Assembly (NCBI GenBank): GCA_964016885.1 | Contig: OZ024740.1 | Location: 396,242,001-396,306,000, forward strand | Reading direction: 5' to 3' | Source: Eledone cirrhosa | Taxonomy: Eukaryota | Length of the DNA: 64,000 nucleotides | Shown here: in pieces, positions 23,421 through 36,519 of the stretch | Position numbering within the stretch: the stretch's first letter is position 1 | How the letters are laid out: the number at the start of each line of letters is the position of its first letter | Position numbers and translations under genes: made by a program | The notes under the pieces: model-generated | Seen by the model: the letters and a program-made list of their open reading frames with translations, nothing else | What the model was told of the DNA's origin: nothing | Database searches by the model: none

Positions 23421-26400
23421 TTCGTGTATATATATATCATCATCATTACTGTTTTAATATCCGCTTTCTCTGCTAGCAAGGGTTGAATAGGCCTACATAA
23501 CCAAGTCAGTACTGAAGTGGTGACTACTGATCTCCAAGACAAGCTAGGGATCTGTCATCTCACTTATGTACAGTCTCACATTCTATTGAGTGCACAGAGG
23601 AGGTTGTCATGTCTTTGAAACTGAGGGTCTTCTCAACCCTTTATTTATAGAATATATTATATCAAAAATACTGTTCAGTATTACAGATACATATATTTAA
23701 AATCACAATTATTTTATGGCACCAGCACTAGGAAGTTTGTCATGACCTTGATAAAACTGAAGAGTCCTCTCAACCTTTTTGGCATGGTTTCTATGACTAG
23801 ATGCTCTTCCTAAACACCAATGACATTACAGAATAGACTGGCTGCATTTAATTGTAGTATCAGCACTAGTAAGTTTGCCAGTTATTGTCATTGACTGGAG
23901 ATTCCTCTCTCTTCAGGTGAGGGGGCATGTGCTAAGGTAGACTTGTTTAGAAGACTTGAATAGAAGATGTAAGAGAGGTAACATATATGATGTCATGGGT
24001 GTGTGTGACAAATATGATGGAGTTTAACAGGGTGATGTGAGAAAAAGTGAGAGTAATGTAGGATAGAATGGAGGTGTATAATGATGATGAGAATAGGTGC
24101 TAAAGATCGATGGAAGGTATGAATAGGTTAGGTCACATCTGCTAAATGGTTGCAACGCAGGGTGTGTGGATCTCGGGGTCTAGTGGATACTATAGCAGAA
24201 ATGAATGGATTAATATAAGCAGTTTGATATCAGTAGCCCTGTCTTCTCCAGTATCGCATGTTACCAATCATTAGTTCTTTGTCATCTCTCTCATGTATCC
24301 AGCTTCTTAAGGTCAGTCCTCCTCACAAATCCCATGTCTTCCTAGATATATCCCTTCTATAGGTTCCATCCTCTGTAAAGTGGTTGGTGTTTGGAAGAGC
24401 ACCCAACCATAGAAACTATGCCAAAGAAAATACTAAGAGAATGTTTCAGTTGTGTCAAGAACATGACAACCTCTCTAGTGCTGGTGTCATAATAAATAAC
24501 ACCTAGTAAACTCTGTAGGGTGGTTGCTGTTAGGAAGGACATCCAGCTGTAAAAACCATGTCAAAAACCAGAATGTAGGCAAGGTGTTGTCCCGGACTAT
24601 CTGAGAAAACAATAGCTCCAATTAAGTATTGACTTGACCTGTAAGAACCCACCCAACTCATGCCAGCATGGATAAACAGAGGTTAAATGATGATGATGAT
24701 GATGCTGATGAGTAAAAGAAATACATACTACACTTAGAAATCATTATGATTTTCTTTTGACAGTCATTCGTTTTTACAAATATTTAAATTATTTAAAAAG
24801 CCAATTATGTATTACTGAAAGTAATAATTGTACTGTGTCATAATGAATATATTTTCTCTTTAATTTTCTGTTCTAAGCCAATCCAAGGAAAGTCAGATAT
24901 AGAATAGTATCAATAACGGAATAAATAACAGTACCATGTCTAAGTTGAATCAATAACATTTTTTTTATTAAAGGTGAATTATAATTTTCTTTAATGGAAG
25001 CCTTCACACAAATAAATATCACAATTATATCCATAAGGAAAGAAAAAAACTCCCTGAGTATAATATAAGAATGATTTGATCAATCCTTTACCCATTGATC
25101 CACAACTCTGTTACTTTTCATCTTAAAACATGAAATAAAGTGCCGTTATATCAATGATGGTACAACGCAAGCACTAAGGCAATTTTTTAGTGATTTCTTA
25201 GACAGTTTTCTGAGTTTTTTAAAATTTTATTTTAAATATAATTTCGATGTTAGAAAACACGGAGTTATGGTTTCTATAGCCCGATAAATATTTTATATAT
25301 CATTTTTGAGATATGTCAAGATATTTACTTAATATGAGCAGAGTAAGAAGCAACTATAACTTTTTACTATTAATGTATGAAATTAATTATTCTTTTTTAG
25401 TAGTACATATATTTGTTGTTTAACGTTAAATCTCAATTACGCTGACGTAATATAACTGTTTTTTTTTTTTAATTCATTTTTTTTCAAACCTCCATAACTT
25501 TTTTTTTTTCAGATATAGGAAAAAGTGCAGTACTCTTGCACCTTTTTAAATTTTGAATTTGAATGTGGTGAGTGTGGACTTTGTAAACACTGCTTTTCTT
25601 TTAATTCTCTATCCCTTGGTTTAAATCCTTTATTTCTTATTGCTTCTTTGAGCTCATATGATAAAATTTCAAAAATTATGTATAAATTATATTTGAGGGA
25701 TTAAAAGATTACAAAACCAGTAAATTTGAACTATGCACATCTAGTTTCTTAATTTGATAATAAATTGTCTTAGTGTTTCTTGATGCTTTCCCGTGTTTTA
25801 CCATTACACGTATACTATTAGGGATCACTTGTGCAAAACAAAACCTCGCGTTTGTGAGAGAATGTATTTATGTCTGACTTTCCAGGAATGAATAACAACT
25901 GCAACAACATCAAATCGAAATAAAGCCTTTCGAGTTGATGCTATTTCAATTGAACTTCAGACAGCATACAATAACACAAATAAATAATATGTCAAACGAT
26001 TCTCACTGATGGACTGTTGAGAAGTCATTATTGAAGTTTACTGCTACACGGCAATGAAAAACTGACACGTGTCCTGCTGATGTTGATGATGAAGTACATC
26101 ATCTATACATTATTGCTACTTGTCGTTTGTTGCTTCTATATTCTGTTTAACATTTTAAGTAATTTTTGTTAGCAGACATCCGGTTGTCACCGGTGTAAGG
26201 TCAAATACGTCATTCATGAAAATCTTTCGAAACTGTGTGAGTGTCTTGGGTTCACCTTTCAGATCATATGATTTCGTGGGTGGAGGAAATGTGTTAATGT
26301 TATGTTGACACAAATCTGTGTACTTCATAAAGGCCGATGCCATTTATTAATTAAATATATTCTATAATTCGCGTGCATAGTATAGTGGTGAAACACTAAC

Positions 26401-26689
26401 ATTACTAGCATAATTTTTTCTGTTTTAATCGGAGAGAAAAAAGTGACAGATTAAGTACACCGTCAAGTGTGACATAGAGAGTCAAAACTCAGACTACAAA
26501 GAGCCGGAACAAATTATGGCAAGATATACTCTAATAGTTACATCAGTCTACCATTCTGATCTGGCATATTGCCAATTTTGCATGTTTAAAGCTAGCTCTT
26601 TCATTTTTTTTAGCAAATAAGAAGTAAAATGTTGAATCTAACACAAGACAAATGGATTATAATAAATACTAAGAGGAGGAATGCACCGC

Positions 26690-27172
26690 TAAGCACTTAT
26701 TAGTGGCATCAAAATAAGCACAAGAGGGAACAAGACATTCAGAAAAATATGGAGATAAAGGGTCTGGAAACTAAAGAACCTCTCGATTAGATATAAGTTT
26801 AGAAAGGTCCTACAAAATGCATTTGATGAGAGAAGTGACATAGAGGACAACTGGAAATTCTTATGTGACAACCTTTTGCAAACTACTTACAAGACTTGTG
26901 GCTGGAGTAGAGCACCAGACAGTCAAATGGTGACTTGGTGGTGAAACAGCTTAGTGGATAGAGCCATCAAAGCCAAAAGATAGGTTTGGAAAGACTAGAA
27001 AAATGGAAGTAGCAGAGACTGGTACCAGGTGGCTAATAAAGAAGCTAGGCGACAAGTATACACAGCTCAGTGAGAGGCTGAAGAAAGAAAGTTTGCCAAC
27101 ATCCTGAGACGTGAGGATCAGAGATGTGAAGTGTTCCTCATTGCAAGGCACTGTGTCAGTGTAAACATGATG
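26690..27172 (+). mobile_element. Degenerate RTE linker-region fragment
   Basis: Similar to the region of the long copy encoding IWKLKDP..DAFD..IEGEWEFL..TWWWN..AEERKF..RDDQ..EVF. Confidence 0.75.
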
Positions 27173-27234
27173 TTGATTTACACTGACTTAGAACATTTGT
27201 AATATTTTAAAAAAAGTATAAATAAAGTTGCAAA

Positions 27235-27660
27235 CCCGAGTTCAGCTGCCTACAATTTGGAAAAGACGAAGGTAGTTTATTACCAGATCTGACCGACTTC
27301 TTCCACTTTGGATTAGTCTCCGCCGAGATCTCTGGCATCCTTCGTCCCCTTACTGTTGACTTCCTCCATAAAGTCGGAAAAACGACGGCCAGTTTGAGGA
27401 GGAAGCCCTGTGAAGTGGGGGGTGACTGGCGCAGCAGGTATCTCTGGCCATTCTCCGTCGTAACATCTTTCCTATTTTGTCGGCGAGGTGCGACTGAGGC
27501 ACCACTCAAACTGGGGTGTAGTGTCTAGCCACCCCTTCTCTTTCGTTACTTGATCCACCAAATCAGTAATTATATAGTGTACGTTCGTAATGGCATTTCT
27601 TGTAATGTCCTTTTTTTGCCATATGTAATATTTTTTTTTATGAAAAATAAAATTATTATT
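27235..27660 (+). mobile_element. 3' fragment of a CRE-like non-LTR element just upstream of CCDC86
   Basis: DLTDFFHFGLVSAEISGILRPLTVDFLHKVG, then after a shift in the G run LAQQVSLAILRRNIFPILSA. Ends with AATAAA(ATT)n. Confidence 0.55.
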
Positions 27661-27896
27661 AGATTATCCAGCTGTTGTATGAATACGAATCACTTACAAT
27701 AAAATTCGCTGGAGATAGATTAGCAAAATTTAATAAGCGGGGTGGGGACATTATTCAGGACAGAGAGTAGGTAGAATTTTGTTGTTTGGGAATTTTCTCA
27801 ACTTGAAGGAGTACATGTTCAGAAGCAAATTATCTACCCTGTTAGATGTTGTAGTTGTTACATTCCACAAGGTAGCGCTCTCAACCGAAATCTGCT

Positions 27897-28054
27897 ATGG
27901 CGTCAAAACAAGATGATAAATCTACTGTTGGTATGACGGATAACGAATACAATGAGTATATTCAAAAGAAGAAGCAATCTATTTCAGATTTATATAAGAA
28001 TAATCCATCAGGAAAAAGGAAATCTGGTAAATTCTGGAAGGATCATCGTCCTAG
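27897..28054 (+). CDS. CCDC86: Coiled-coil domain-containing protein 86 (Cgr1 family), exon 1
   Basis: MASKQDDK...NPSGKRKSGKFWKDHRP matches the GKPKSGRxWK motif. Donor AG|GTaatt, phase 2. Confidence 0.85.
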
Positions 28055-28689
28055 GTAATTATATGTTTGTGTTTATCCCAACCCGTTACACACACGTGTT
28101 CGTTTTTTTCAGAGGTAGTCATATTGTTTTCATGTCATAATGTTGTGTTAATATTATCTTAGTTTTAGGTTCTCCTGTGCTGGGTAGCGTCTAAGAAGAC
28201 AGACATCTTCCAGGGATTATAATATAATGTCAATCGTTGTGATTAAATAACTATATCAGTAGAATTAAAAGGGTATATAATATGTCATATTTTTAGTGGG
28301 ATATAAACATTATTTAAGGCCAAAATCAGTCTTGACTGAGCAGACTTTTAGTTCAATCCTACCATGACCACCCCGCTTTCCCCCCGTATCTGGGAATATA
28401 TTATTCAAATCTGTTTCGTTTTTTTAAAATGTGATGCGATGTAATTTGAGGGATATTTTGTTGTTCTTTCCAAGTTGAGCAACCGACCACCTAAAATTTT
28501 GTTCACGTATTGAATATAACTCATTTTGCCGTCGCAGTTTTCTTTTAATTATATTATTTTGACGATAAATGCTGTAAAGGTAAGGCTTCTAATGAACCCA
28601 ATACTTTGCTCAGTTTTTGAATCCTGCTTTTCTTTACAGCTGTAAACTCAAAAGAATATAGAATACACGATACAGACTGAAACCTAACA

Positions 28690-30590
28690 TGTATATTTAA
28701 TAACACTTTTGAAGTATAAAATATAATAATCCTACAGGATAGAGTGGGAAGCACTGGCAGATAAGGAAGTCAGGAACAAGTTTGTGGATAATATTGCATC
28801 CAAATTCAGAGAACACCCGTAGCAAACTGTTCAGCTCAGCAGTTTCTTCTTCAACTGCCAATTGCTGCAGAACGAAAGCCACTTGGTGTGCCGCCAGGTG
28901 GATCCCTTAGTTCAATCAAGTGGTCATAGATGCCATCTTGAGCAAAGAAGGAGGCTTACAAAGCTTGACTTTAATAAGTCTTCCTTCTTGCTCTTGCTGT
29001 ACAAGCAGGCATGAAAAGTCATAGCAGAGAGAGTAAGCATACAGTTAGACATGGGAGGGCTTTGGGGTTAAGCTGGAATCTGACATCAGATAAGCAAATA
29101 AAGTGTTCTAGCAGACCATCCGCTGGTTTCGTAACAAGAAGTCCTCCACTCTTGCTATCGGGAATGTATCTGGGGTTCTATCTTCAGAGAGATGCATCCT
29201 CATGAGGTGGAGAGAGTACTTTGCTGATCTCTTAAACCCAGTCACAACAGCGACTTCTGAGGCCCAAGAGGTGCATCTGGGAGTAATGACTAACTTCTCA
29301 GAGGCAGAGGTCACAAGAGCAATTAAAGAACTCAAATGTGGCAAGGTCCGATATGTTAAAGGCCTTAAATAGAGAAGGTATTCTCTGGAAAGGCGGCTAA
29401 GCAATGGCAGTCAGGAGTGATAATCCCAGTTTTCAAAAAGGGAGACAAGAGAGATTGCTCCAATTATAGAGGGATCTCCTTGTTAAAGTCTATAATTGTC
29501 TGGAAAAGAGATGTCAGGATAGTGTTGAATCCAAGTGGTTTTTACCCCAGATACAGCACAGCCGACAACTGCGGCAAGTCTTTGAAAATTGTGGGAATAT
29601 TATCAAGAAGTTTATTCTTGCTTCATAGACCTTGAAATGGCATATGATTGCGTTCTATGGGATCTGTAGGAATATGGGACCAATGGGCAGTTTCCTGCTG
29701 CCCTGATGTCTCAATATGAAAGCCCTAGTATTTGTGTTCGAATAATTGATGCTATTCAGTGTAGTTGTTGGACTCTGCCAAGGTTGTGTACTGTCACCTC
29801 TCCTGATTATAATCCTCATGGACAGTGGACAGGATTGACATACACAGCTGGGTTGGAAGTGGTATTGAGACTGGCGGATGTAAGATCAGTCGGCTGGAAT
29901 TAGTGGATGATTGGTGCTGCTTTAATTTGTCAGAAGGTGATCTCTGACATCCACTTGATAGGCTTTCTGCCAAGTGCAGCATGGCAGGAATGAAAATCAG
30001 AGCTAAGAAGACAGATATTCCTCCTCTCAAAGAAGCCTACGTAGTGCACTCTACATGTAAGTGGTGTTCCACTGAAGTATGTGGAGAAGTTCAAGTATCT
30101 GAGGGCCGTGTTCATGAGTGATGAAAAAGATAAGAGGCTGACTTAAGTGCAAGAATTCCAGGAGCTGGTGTAGTAATGCTTCAGCATTCAGTCACCAGGG
30201 AGGTAGGTGTAAATTTGCTATCTTCAATTTGGTATTCATGCCAACCCTTATAGAATACGGTTACACAAATGGCCAAAACAGGGTTCCTCCAAAGGGTCTT
30301 TTGAATAATATTATTAGATAGAGTGCATAGCTTGGAGATCAAAGAGTTGCTCCAGGTTGAGCCGCTACTTCTCCAAATTGAGAGATCACAGCTCCAATAT
30401 TACTGACAGGACAGATTTTCCGAGCAAAACCAACTGGCAGTAGACCCCGAGCAAGATGGTCGGATAAAATCTATGAACTTGACTGGCTTTGTTTGGGGAT
30501 CAGTCAGATCAAATGGAGATAGTTGCTTCTGACAAGACTCGCTAAAGAGTGTGCTTCAGGACTCTTCGCCAATGACTCTCCCAGTAGGTG
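28690..30590 (+). mobile_element. Heavily decayed RTE (Rex3/Expander-like) LINE in CCDC86 intron 1
   Basis: IIPVFKKGDKRDCSNYRGISLL, VEKFKYL and other RT motifs in broken frames. Same family as 34800-35605. Confidence 0.8.
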
Positions 30591-30820
30591 AAGAAGAAGA
30601 ACAAAAATAATGTTTGATCCTATATATATATATATATATGTATATAAGCTGAACTAACTTAGACAGAGTTTTGGTTTCTTGCTATTAGAATAGCAAGTTG
30701 TATCAGTAAATATCCGTAGTCTTAAGAAAGCACTTCTAACAAATTTTCTTTTTCATTCTTTGATTTCATTAAAGACAGTTATGTTTGACACTGTGATTTT
30801 TTTTTATTCAATCCAAATAG

Positions 30821-30950
30821 GTTTGCATCTTTGAAAAAAGATAAATGTATGAAATCAACATGGGAGGAAAAAACCAGGAAAAGAATAGAAATGAAGGTTG
30901 TAAAAGATTTAGAGAAAGAACTTAGAGAAAAGAAGATAGCAGACCTTATG
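30821..30950 (+). CDS. CCDC86: CCDC86 exon 2 (RFASLKKDK..STWEEK..KDLEKEL..)
   Basis: aatAG acceptor and GTaaat donor; phase is compatible. Matches the RFS..KDK..SW..K pattern. Confidence 0.88.
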
Positions 30951-31778
30951 GTAAATAATTGTTTTGTTTTAGTTTATATTTATAAATTAGTAAGGGACAC
31001 ATCTGTAGTGATAAATACTAAAAAGAAATAACACTGATCTTCAGCAATTTACTTTAAACAGTAATCATATACTTATTGGATGATACCTGAGTTAACATTT
31101 AGAGTTAATAAACTGTTGTAATTAACAAAATATATACTTTTTAAATTGAGATCATAGTTTTAGTTGTTGGTGTCATTGAAATGTCTATGCTAATTCTGCT
31201 ATCTTTTAACTCTATATTCCTTGCAACTCAGAATACTGTTTCTAGTCTGTTACCATGCTGGTCACTGCTTTAATTATATATATGTGTATGATGACTTGCA
31301 GTTGCATTGCCGTATTGGTGTAATATATTTTTCACCAATTAGAGGTACATTAACCCTTTTTGCATTACTCTATATATACTATTGTATTTTTGTGGTAAAG
31401 GCTTTACCTCACATAATATCGAATCTATGAGATTTTCATATTATTTATTTTGAGAACAATACCTTAACATCACTATGAGTGGCCAGTTTGAAGAGAAAGA
31501 GGTGAGAAAATTCTGGCCGGATACGGCCAGTTTAAATGCTAAATTAAATATCCCTCTATAAACCATATTTTCATACCTGAAAAATTGCTACAAATGATAA
31601 ATAATATTTCAGCCACTGTCAATCTAATCTGTAAGGTGTGAGTAAACTTGAACAGAATTGAATAAAGTTCACTAGTAGGAACTCAATTTTTAAAAAAAGT
31701 CAATAGCTTTTTTAATGTTTTTCAGAGAACTTTGTAATTTGTTTATTTAATTTGTCCTAAAAATATTTTAAATTTCAG

Positions 31779-31853
31779 AATAACAAAATAATAGCAAAAC
31801 ACAAGAAACTGAGAAAACTTGAGAATGAAAGAAAAGCAGAAGTGGTTCAACCT
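31779..31853 (+). CDS. CCDC86: CCDC86 exon 3 (..RKLENERKAEVVQP)
   Basis: tttcAG / GTaagt. Contains the signature LENERKAEVVQ. Confidence 0.9.
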
Positions 31854-32204
31854 GTAAGTACCAGTTGTTTGAAGTTTTACTCATTATATACTATTCTTTC
31901 AACATTAGTCACTGAATTCCTCTCCTACGTTCACAGTATATGTCATGACTTCTGACTCGTTGATTCCTTTGCCTTTATCCTGGCCCTTCTCATCAACACA
32001 GGCATCACTTCTCTATATTATCATCCCTCATGATGATGGTCTCTAAGCTTTCTAACACTTTCTGGATCTTTGTCCCACACTCTAGTCTATCACTTCTCTT
32101 TTCTGACTTGCTGAGCTCATTCTCATATTTCTCAATTTTGCTTCCTCTCCCTCTATATTTATGTATGTGTATGTATGTATAATTGTATATATGTGTGTGT
32201 GTAT

Positions 32205-32552
32205 GTCATCACCGTTTTACGTCCGTTCTACCATGCTAGCATGGGTTAGACAGGTTGTCCTGTTGTGGGCAGTGTCCGGTCGGCTGACCTTGTCTTGCTC
32301 ATACGGGAACTGATTCTGGCTTGATTTTTACAGCTGGATGCCCTTTCTAACACCAACCTCATTTACAGTGAGTGCTTGGTGCTTTTTTTCCGTGGCACCT
32401 ACACGTCCACTTTACAGTGGAGTGATAGGGACTCCAGTCCTATCATCTCATTTCTACACCTGAGTAAACTGGAGCAATGTGAAATAAAGTGTTTTGCTCA
32501 AGGAAACAACACATCACCCGGTCTTTCGATTGCAAGCCCAATGCTCTAACCA
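32205..32552 (-). mobile_element. CORE-SINE with RTE-derived tail
   Basis: The reverse strand has a tRNA-like head (gtggttagagcattgggcttgcaatcgaaa), a CORE-like block and an RTE-type tail with a (GAT)n end. Confidence 0.7.
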
Positions 32553-32899
32553 CATATAAATATATATATATATATATAATCAGCATCAACTATGCTTGTG
32601 CTTCTAGGAGCTTAATATCATCATCATCGTTATTACGTCCGTTTTTCCATGCTTCTTCTTCCATTCTGCTCTCTCATTTTAACTTCCGGGGAAGTATCCA
32701 ACTGTATCAAACACTGTCATTGCATTGTATTGTTCTCCTGTGTTATTCATGATAAAGAAAGGACAACATAAAGTGATGGTAAACAAGAATAGTTATTAGT
32801 GGCACACTGGAAATGTAATTAGAAAGTTCCTTGATATTTCAAGCTTAAACCCTTCTCTGGAAAGGTAGGCTGAAAAATGGAAAAAAAGACGTGATATAT

Positions 32900-33575
32900 A
32901 TCATGCCATGTTGAAAATTGACAAGGAGTAAGTGTAAATGGAAAATCGGTGTATTTTAAAGTAAGGTGACAATGAGTCAGACTGATTCGTGTAAAGTGTT
33001 TGTTGAGCAAGTTGAAACATCAAGAGCCTGGGGTGCTTTGTTTTTTTTCCTTGATGAGAAAACCTTTGATCAGAAACAAAAAGTCAACTGAAGGAATGAT
33101 AGATGGTTATGTAGAGAGCCTAAAGTGGTTCCAAGTTTCTGGCAACTGTGATTGTTCTGGGAATCTTGAGCAATGAGGGATATATCATGCCTCCTCACTT
33201 CTTTTCTCAAAGCTTAAGGGTTAATGCTGCTGATTATAAGGTGTTGGAGATGGTTGTGAGGTTTTGGTTAGAGAGCATGAGGAAAAGAAGATCGTACACC
33301 TACCAACAAGACTCTGCCCCATCTCATAAGGCCAAGACGATCCAGGAGTGGATGTGTTACAAACTCCACAATCATGTGGCCTCTTAGTTCTCCAGACCTG
33401 AATCTATTGGACTACTACATATGAGGCATAGTCTAGAGTGAAGTCAGCCAGCACCCCCATAACACTATAAAATCTCTGAAGTTTGCGATAACTAGCACAA
33501 AGATCATCTTATTTGGGTATGTCAATGTTTCAGACCTTGTATTGAAGCAGTCGTCAATGCTAACAGTAGAGTCAT
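32900..33575 (+). mobile_element. Decayed DD37D/maT-like transposase remnant
   Basis: VLGILSNEGYIMPPHFF..YTYQQDSAPSHKAKTIQEW..SPDLNLLDY. Confidence 0.75.
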
Positions 33576-34429
33576 TAGAAAATCAGGTAAAATACCCCTA
33601 TAGATAAAAAAAAATGGTCAGAAGCCCAGAAGCCACTACAGAATCAAACTCCATATCTATATATCATCAGAGAAATAGCCTTGGTTGATATGTAGAAGAG
33701 GCATATGATCCAGAGAGGTCGTGATAGCTTCTGCTACCTAGGTAATCTAATTAGCAGTGGGAAAGGGTGCTTCGAGAGCATAGCCGTTAAATAAGAAAGG
33801 ATGAAAAAAGTTGAGTGAGCTATTTCTGTTGATAACAAAAGCTTCTCTGTAGGACTGAAAGTCCAAATTGATGATGCTACATGGTAGTGAGACATTACAC
33901 CTGATATTCCCCCTCCATACACACACATACATGTGTGTGTCTGTGTATATAATGACTCATACACTGTTCATTTTCCTGACTTTTATACATTATTCTATGT
34001 ACTATACATGCACCTTTGATGAGTTGTAGTGCACTTGAGAACAATAATTTTCATTATATATTTTAAAATTTACATCCACTTTTCCATGCTAGAATAGGTT
34101 TGATAGGTCACCATAGTCTGAGTCACTTCTTACTTGAAGTTAGTGTCTTCCATGATAGATCAGAGGGTGATATCTTGCTTTCACATTCCATTTTTGTATG
34201 GTTGTGCCAAACTGAATATTGCCGAGATCTTGGCTAGGGAGAAAACGGTTAACATTTATTTCTTGTGTATAATGCAAACTTACCCCTACATTTTAGATTT
34301 AAAATCTGAGAGAGAAAATGCATATTATCTTATTAAGGTGGAAGAAGTATATATTACTAGTTGATATTTGTCTGAAAACAACTTGCTTGGTTTCAGTCAT
34401 CCAATATCTTGTCATTATTAATATATTAA

Positions 34430-34622
34430 GGGCGATGGAATGGCAGTATCGGTAGAGAGTCGAGCACCATGCTTTGCAGCATAGAGTTACGTCCCTTTTC
34501 GGTATGAGTTCAAATCCCGCCAAGGTTAACTTTGCCTTTCATCCTTACGGGGTCGATAAAATAAAGTACCAGTAATGCACTGGGATAATTGCTGGCCTTG
34601 TGCCTAAAGTAGAAACGATTAT
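34430..34622 (+). mobile_element. Full-length tRNA-derived SINE with Meta-like central domain
   Basis: A box tggcagtatcgg, B box gttcaaatcc, core tttgcctttcatccttacggggtcgataaaataaagtaccag, (ATT)n end. Other copies lie at about 5594, 38049, 40542, 50497, 52690, 54085 and 56703. Confidence 0.8.
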
Positions 34623-34650
34623 TAATATATTTTGTTTTATTTTGTTGCAG

Positions 34651-34722
34651 ATAAAGAACCTAAAGAAAATTAAGAATATGAAGAAGAAACATTTTCGCAA
34701 AAGTAATATTCAAATAAGATAA
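34651..34722 (+). CDS. CCDC86: CCDC86 exon 4 (IKNLKKIKNMKKKHFRKSNIQIR*)
   Basis: ttgcAG acceptor. Matches the IxNxxKxKxxKKKxxR C-terminus. The spliced product is 144 aa. Confidence 0.88.
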   Translation: MKNLKKIKNMKKKHFRKSNIQIR

Positions 34723-34799
34723 ATTGCTGAACATCTTTAATATTGTATTATGTGTATTTTGTATAAATATATATATATAATTAATTTTGTTATTGTTTC

Positions 34800-35605
34800 T
34801 GATCTCTTTGATTTTGTGCTGGATGTTCGTGTTAAGAGAGGGGCTGAGCTGTCAACTGATCACCACCTAGTTATCTGTAACTTGAGACTACCTAAAGCCA
34901 AAGAAGCCCACAAAACTGGCAGGTCGACCTACAGAATAAAGTGGGAAGCATTGGTGGCTAAGGAAATCAGGACCAGATATGAAGATACTATTGCATCAAA
35001 GTTCAGAGAACTCTCTGAGCAAACTGGACGTTGAGATGGAGTGGAGATTGTTGAATGCTGCAGGCGTAAGAGGCTTGGTGTGGCGTCGAATGGCAGGAAG
35101 ACTCCTTGGTTCAATTAAGAGGTCAAAAATACCAGCAGAGCAAAGAAGGAGGCTGACGAAACTTGGCTTGGAAATAAGTCCTCCTTACGCTTGCGGTACA
35201 AGCAGGCAGGAAAAATTGGCAGCAGAGACAGTAAAAGCGTCCAAAGTTAAGACATGGGAGGACTTTGAAGTTAAGCTAGAATCTGCCGACTTCATAAGAA
35301 GAAGCCCTCCTCCACACCTGCTATCAAGAATGCGTCTGGGGTTCTCCAGTTTTCAGAGATGTGCATCCTCACGAGCTGGAGGGATTACTTTGCTGATCTC
35401 CTAAACCCGATCACAACACCATCTTCGGATGTACACAAGGTGCATCTGGGAGCAATGACTAATCTCTCAGAGACTGAACAGTTAAAGAGCTCAAATGTGG
35501 CAAAGCTGCTGGGAAGATGAAATTTGGCCTGAGATGTTAAAAGCCTTAAGTAGAGAAGGTATTCTCTGGCTGCCTCATGTATGTCAAGTGGCCTGACTTT
35601 TTCCA
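34800..35605 (+). mobile_element. Decayed Rex3/Expander-like RTE fragment
   Basis: DVRVKRGAELSTDHHLV is the endonuclease C-terminal motif; the linker is similar to 28730-29400. Confidence 0.8.
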
Positions 35606-36189
35606 AAATTCTGAAAGGAGAGGAACTATTTGTGAGTGATAGAGGAGAGTAAGTCCCCAGTAGGGCTTACACAGCAAAAGCTATACTAATAGTCACCAAA
35701 GAAGGAGAAAGATTCAAGGTTATCACTTGTAAGATGCTGGATATAGGACACGCTGCATTGGATAAATGCTTTGAGAAGGAAAGAGATGGAAGAGTTTGGC
35801 TAGGATAGAAACTACTACTGCAATGCTCAGTTTGAGAGTAGAGTCAAATATTAGCTCTAAACTCTAACAGAATATTAATCAATAATATATATAATAAATT
35901 GTATTAAATTTGATTGAATAATACTGCATGTTTTTGAGTGGAAAAATCAAAATGAAACATACCATATGTATTTTGAAAACTTTCTGTTTCAGATATGTAT
36001 GTGTGTGTATGTATACACGTGTGTATAAATAATTTTAATTATATAGGTCTATAACACTATATATATACATATATACACACATACAGCGTCATAATGTTGT
36101 AATGCAGACAGACAGATATTATAAGGGCGCAACGTTATATCTATGTATCTATCTAAAGAGAAAGACTAAGAATTATAGAGAGAGATTGC

Positions 36190-36361
36190 TAAATCGCCTA
36201 ATGTGGTCCTTAGGACATGGAAAATTTGAAATTTTTTTGCTCAAAACACTCACAGGACCATAAGTATTACATGTGTAAAGTTTGAAAACAATCGGTTGGG
36301 TGGTTCTCGAGTTTTAGGGAGCTGACAGACAGACAGACATTTTCTGTTTTAGATATATAGA
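36190..36361 (-). mobile_element. Partial non-autonomous Helitron-like element (5' part)
   Basis: Same sequence as about 52515-52676, including (gaca)n and the tatataga terminus. Confidence 0.6.
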
Positions 36362-36519
36362 TTATGTATAACCTAAAGTAATTCTGAAATAAAATTAAAT
36401 AAAAAAAAAAAAGAACAAAAAATTTAACTTGCATCCAACTTCTCAAATTAAACTTAGCAAAGATTAAAATTGTAGTAAGTAGGAAAGAGGACAAATCCTT
36501 GATTGTGCTTAAAATGGAG

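Noticed and set aside
34430-34520. tRNA gene (A and B boxes)
   Set aside because: No cloverleaf is evident. It is the head of a multi-copy SINE.
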